DNA from: Salpingoeca rosetta
Taxonomy: Eukaryota > Protista > Choanoflagellata
Assembly: GCA_033442325.1 (NCBI GenBank)
Contig: JAWQFM010000009.1
Location: forward strand, 566,817 to 612,553
Direction of reading: 5' to 3'
DNA: 45,737 bases
Part shown: positions 41,380 to 45,737 of the stretch, piece after piece
Position numbering within the stretch: position 1 is the first letter of the stretch
How the letters are laid out: each line of letters starts with the position of its first letter
Translations under genes and position numbers: made by a program
The notes under the pieces: model-generated
The model's database searches: none
Seen by the model: only the letters and a program-made list of their open reading frames with translations
What the model was told of the DNA's origin: nothing

Positions 41380-43552
41380 AGCCGGCCCGAAATCTACGCC
41401 TAACCGAGAGAAATCTACCCGCTACTCATTGACCCACTTCGTGGCGAAGTGTGACGAGGTGCAAGGATTCATTTGCCGCGAGAGATTCAAATTTGCCAGT
41501 TTGCACCGAAGAACACCGAATGTTGCAAGGCACTTTTCGTGGTTTCTGAGCGGCACTGGTGTGCCATGTCTTAATACCCGGCTTGCCCTCGAGCTGTACC
41601 GAGGTCAATACGCAAATAAACCACAGTACTTAGTCACTGCTCAACGCTCTTTCAGACGATATAAGTTTCATTTCCATACTCCCATTATTTCTTGAGTTAT
41701 GCCCAGAGTTGTGAGGGGTGGATTTGGACCCAACCACACCCTTTCCAGACCCTGTGTTGTATCAGAGCGTCGCCCTGCTGTACAACGCCTATGGTGGGCC
41801 TTACGAGGCGTCCTCGCATTGAATTATGCCGCAGGTTGCCTCTCTCTGGCCTTAATACTTGATTTGAGGTTTTGACATGCATTTACACCAAGTCAAAAGG
41901 CCAACGTGTATTTATTGTGGTTTACATAGACACTTTGCTCATAATTATAATAATGTGTGTGCTTGTGCACATGTACCTATCTCATTTGTCGCAAACGCAC
42001 TGGCGCGCGTCCCTGTGGTGTAATTCCATGCCCAGAACAAGTACAAGTGCACGGCAGCGTCTCGGACGCACGCATTACTGTCCATTCGATGCATCATGAG
42101 CCAAAGAAACGACGAAAAGTCGCCCATTCGCGCACTGGAAGCAGTGCGGCAGCGCTCACGAAACAAGGGCCTGATCCATAGCTGTCCCTCACCGACCTCC
42201 ACCAGTGCATGTCCCCTTTCAAATGCCCCTCGTGTACCCCATACACACACCCGCTTTTCATGCGGAACTGTCTCTAACAGTGTCATTTATTGGTGAAGAG
42301 CTGCAGCTCGCCAACAGCAGGTCGAATCAAGCACACGTCTATGAAGGCAGCCATGGCAACACAGGCGACACTCCCAGACCACCGAAGGCACGCATCTCAA
42401 ACCCGCAGCACACTGCGCAGCACACACGCGTGTATATGACATGCAAAAAGGAGAAGCATAGCAGGAAACGAGCGCAGTGAGCGTGGTGAGGGCGCAGGTC
42501 GCATGCACTTGCACACGCACCACTCCCGCCATCGGGCATCATCTCACCTCGTCTGGTAGCCTGGCGTTCACTCGCTTGGGTGGCTGAGTGCAACGGGCAG
42601 GTCGTCTGTTCAATACACCACAGGTGGCAGTACGTGAGTGTGATGCCCTAGCGGAGTAGTGTGCACGCACAAGCACGAGGACACCAAGAGTGTTACCGCT
42701 TTCATCTGAAGGCGTGCGTTCCGGTGGACGCTCCAGATTGAGCCTGAGAGGTTGCAGCCGCCGTCTCCTTCCGTCGCCTGTGGTCGGGTGTGCAAGCGCA
42801 AGCATAACCGAGGACACAGTGAGATGGTGTGCGTGCGCGTGCGCGTGTGCGTGTGCGTGCGTGCGTGTGCGTGCGTGCGTGCGTGCGTGTGTGCATGTAT
42901 GTGTGTAAGTGAAGATGTGAATACGAAGCAGGAAGAGAGAGCGTGTATGTGTGTATGTGCATGCGCGCGAGAGAGTGAGCCATGATGTGAATGCGAAGGA
43001 GAGCGCGTGTCCGTGTGCGTGCGTGCGTGCGTGGGCGTGAGTATGAGCGCGCGCGTGTGTGTGTGCGTGTGTGAATGCGAAGGAGAGCGTGTGTCCGTGT
43101 GTGTGAGCGTGTGCATGTATGTGTGTAAGTGATGATGTGAATGCGAAGCAGACAAAGAGAGAGAGTGTGTGAGAGTGTGTGAGAGAGAGTGTGTGAGCGT
43201 GAGCGCGTGCATGTGTGTGTGTATGTGTGTGTATGAGTGATGGTATGAATGCGAAGCAAAAGAGAGAGAGAGAGTGTGTGTGTGTGAGTGTGAGTGTGAG
43301 TGTGTGTGTGAGTGTGTGTGTGTGTGAGTGTGAGCATGCGAGTGTGTGAGTGTGTGTGTGTGAGTGTGTGTGAGAGAGTGTGTGAGTGTGTGTGAGTATG
43401 AGTGATGGTATGCATGCGAAGCAGGGAGAGAGTGTGTGTATGGTTGCGAGCTCACATGTAAGTGTACAGACGACAAGACGCACGCGCACATGTACACACA
43501 CACACACACGCACGCAATATACAGAGCACACGAGAGCACTGGCAACGAACCA

Positions 43553-45656
<2,104 letters not shown>

Positions 45657-45737
45657 CTGCAGGTAGTATTAGTAGCGTTAATGATAACTAGAATGAGGTA
45701 TCGATGAACAAGTAAGAAGCGTACGAGACAAGCTAGA

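Overview
This is eukaryotic, intron-rich, GC-rich DNA. The introns are packed with (CA)n/(TG)n microsatellites and the proteins carry polyQ/N/T tracts. The style strongly suggests a choanoflagellate such as Salpingoeca rosetta (inference, not verified). Most ORFs in the supplied track are microsatellite artefacts. Hand splicing (GT-AG, phase-checked where stated) supports about 11 genes: a split, apparently inactive E2/UBC-like protein; SAP18 with an RD-rich tail; proteasome ATPase RPT5/PSMC3; a TRPA-family channel; a secreted peptidoglycan-binding plus YkuD/L,D-transpeptidase-like protein; a CSTPP1/C11orf49-like protein head-to-head with it (this pair appears twice across an assembly gap); mitochondrial processing peptidase alpha; a PLAT-PTC7 phosphatase fusion; a TIR plus ARM-repeat protein; an orphan transcription-factor-like protein; and a polyQ C2H2 zinc-finger protein that runs off the window. 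A palindromic 41/57-bp minisatellite fills 1-899, and there are three N-gaps. The best leads are the bacterial-type peptidoglycan enzyme, the TIR-ARM protein (SARM1-like parts in reverse order), the split pseudo-E2 and the orphan TF candidate. All family calls come from motif recognition by eye; no searches were run.
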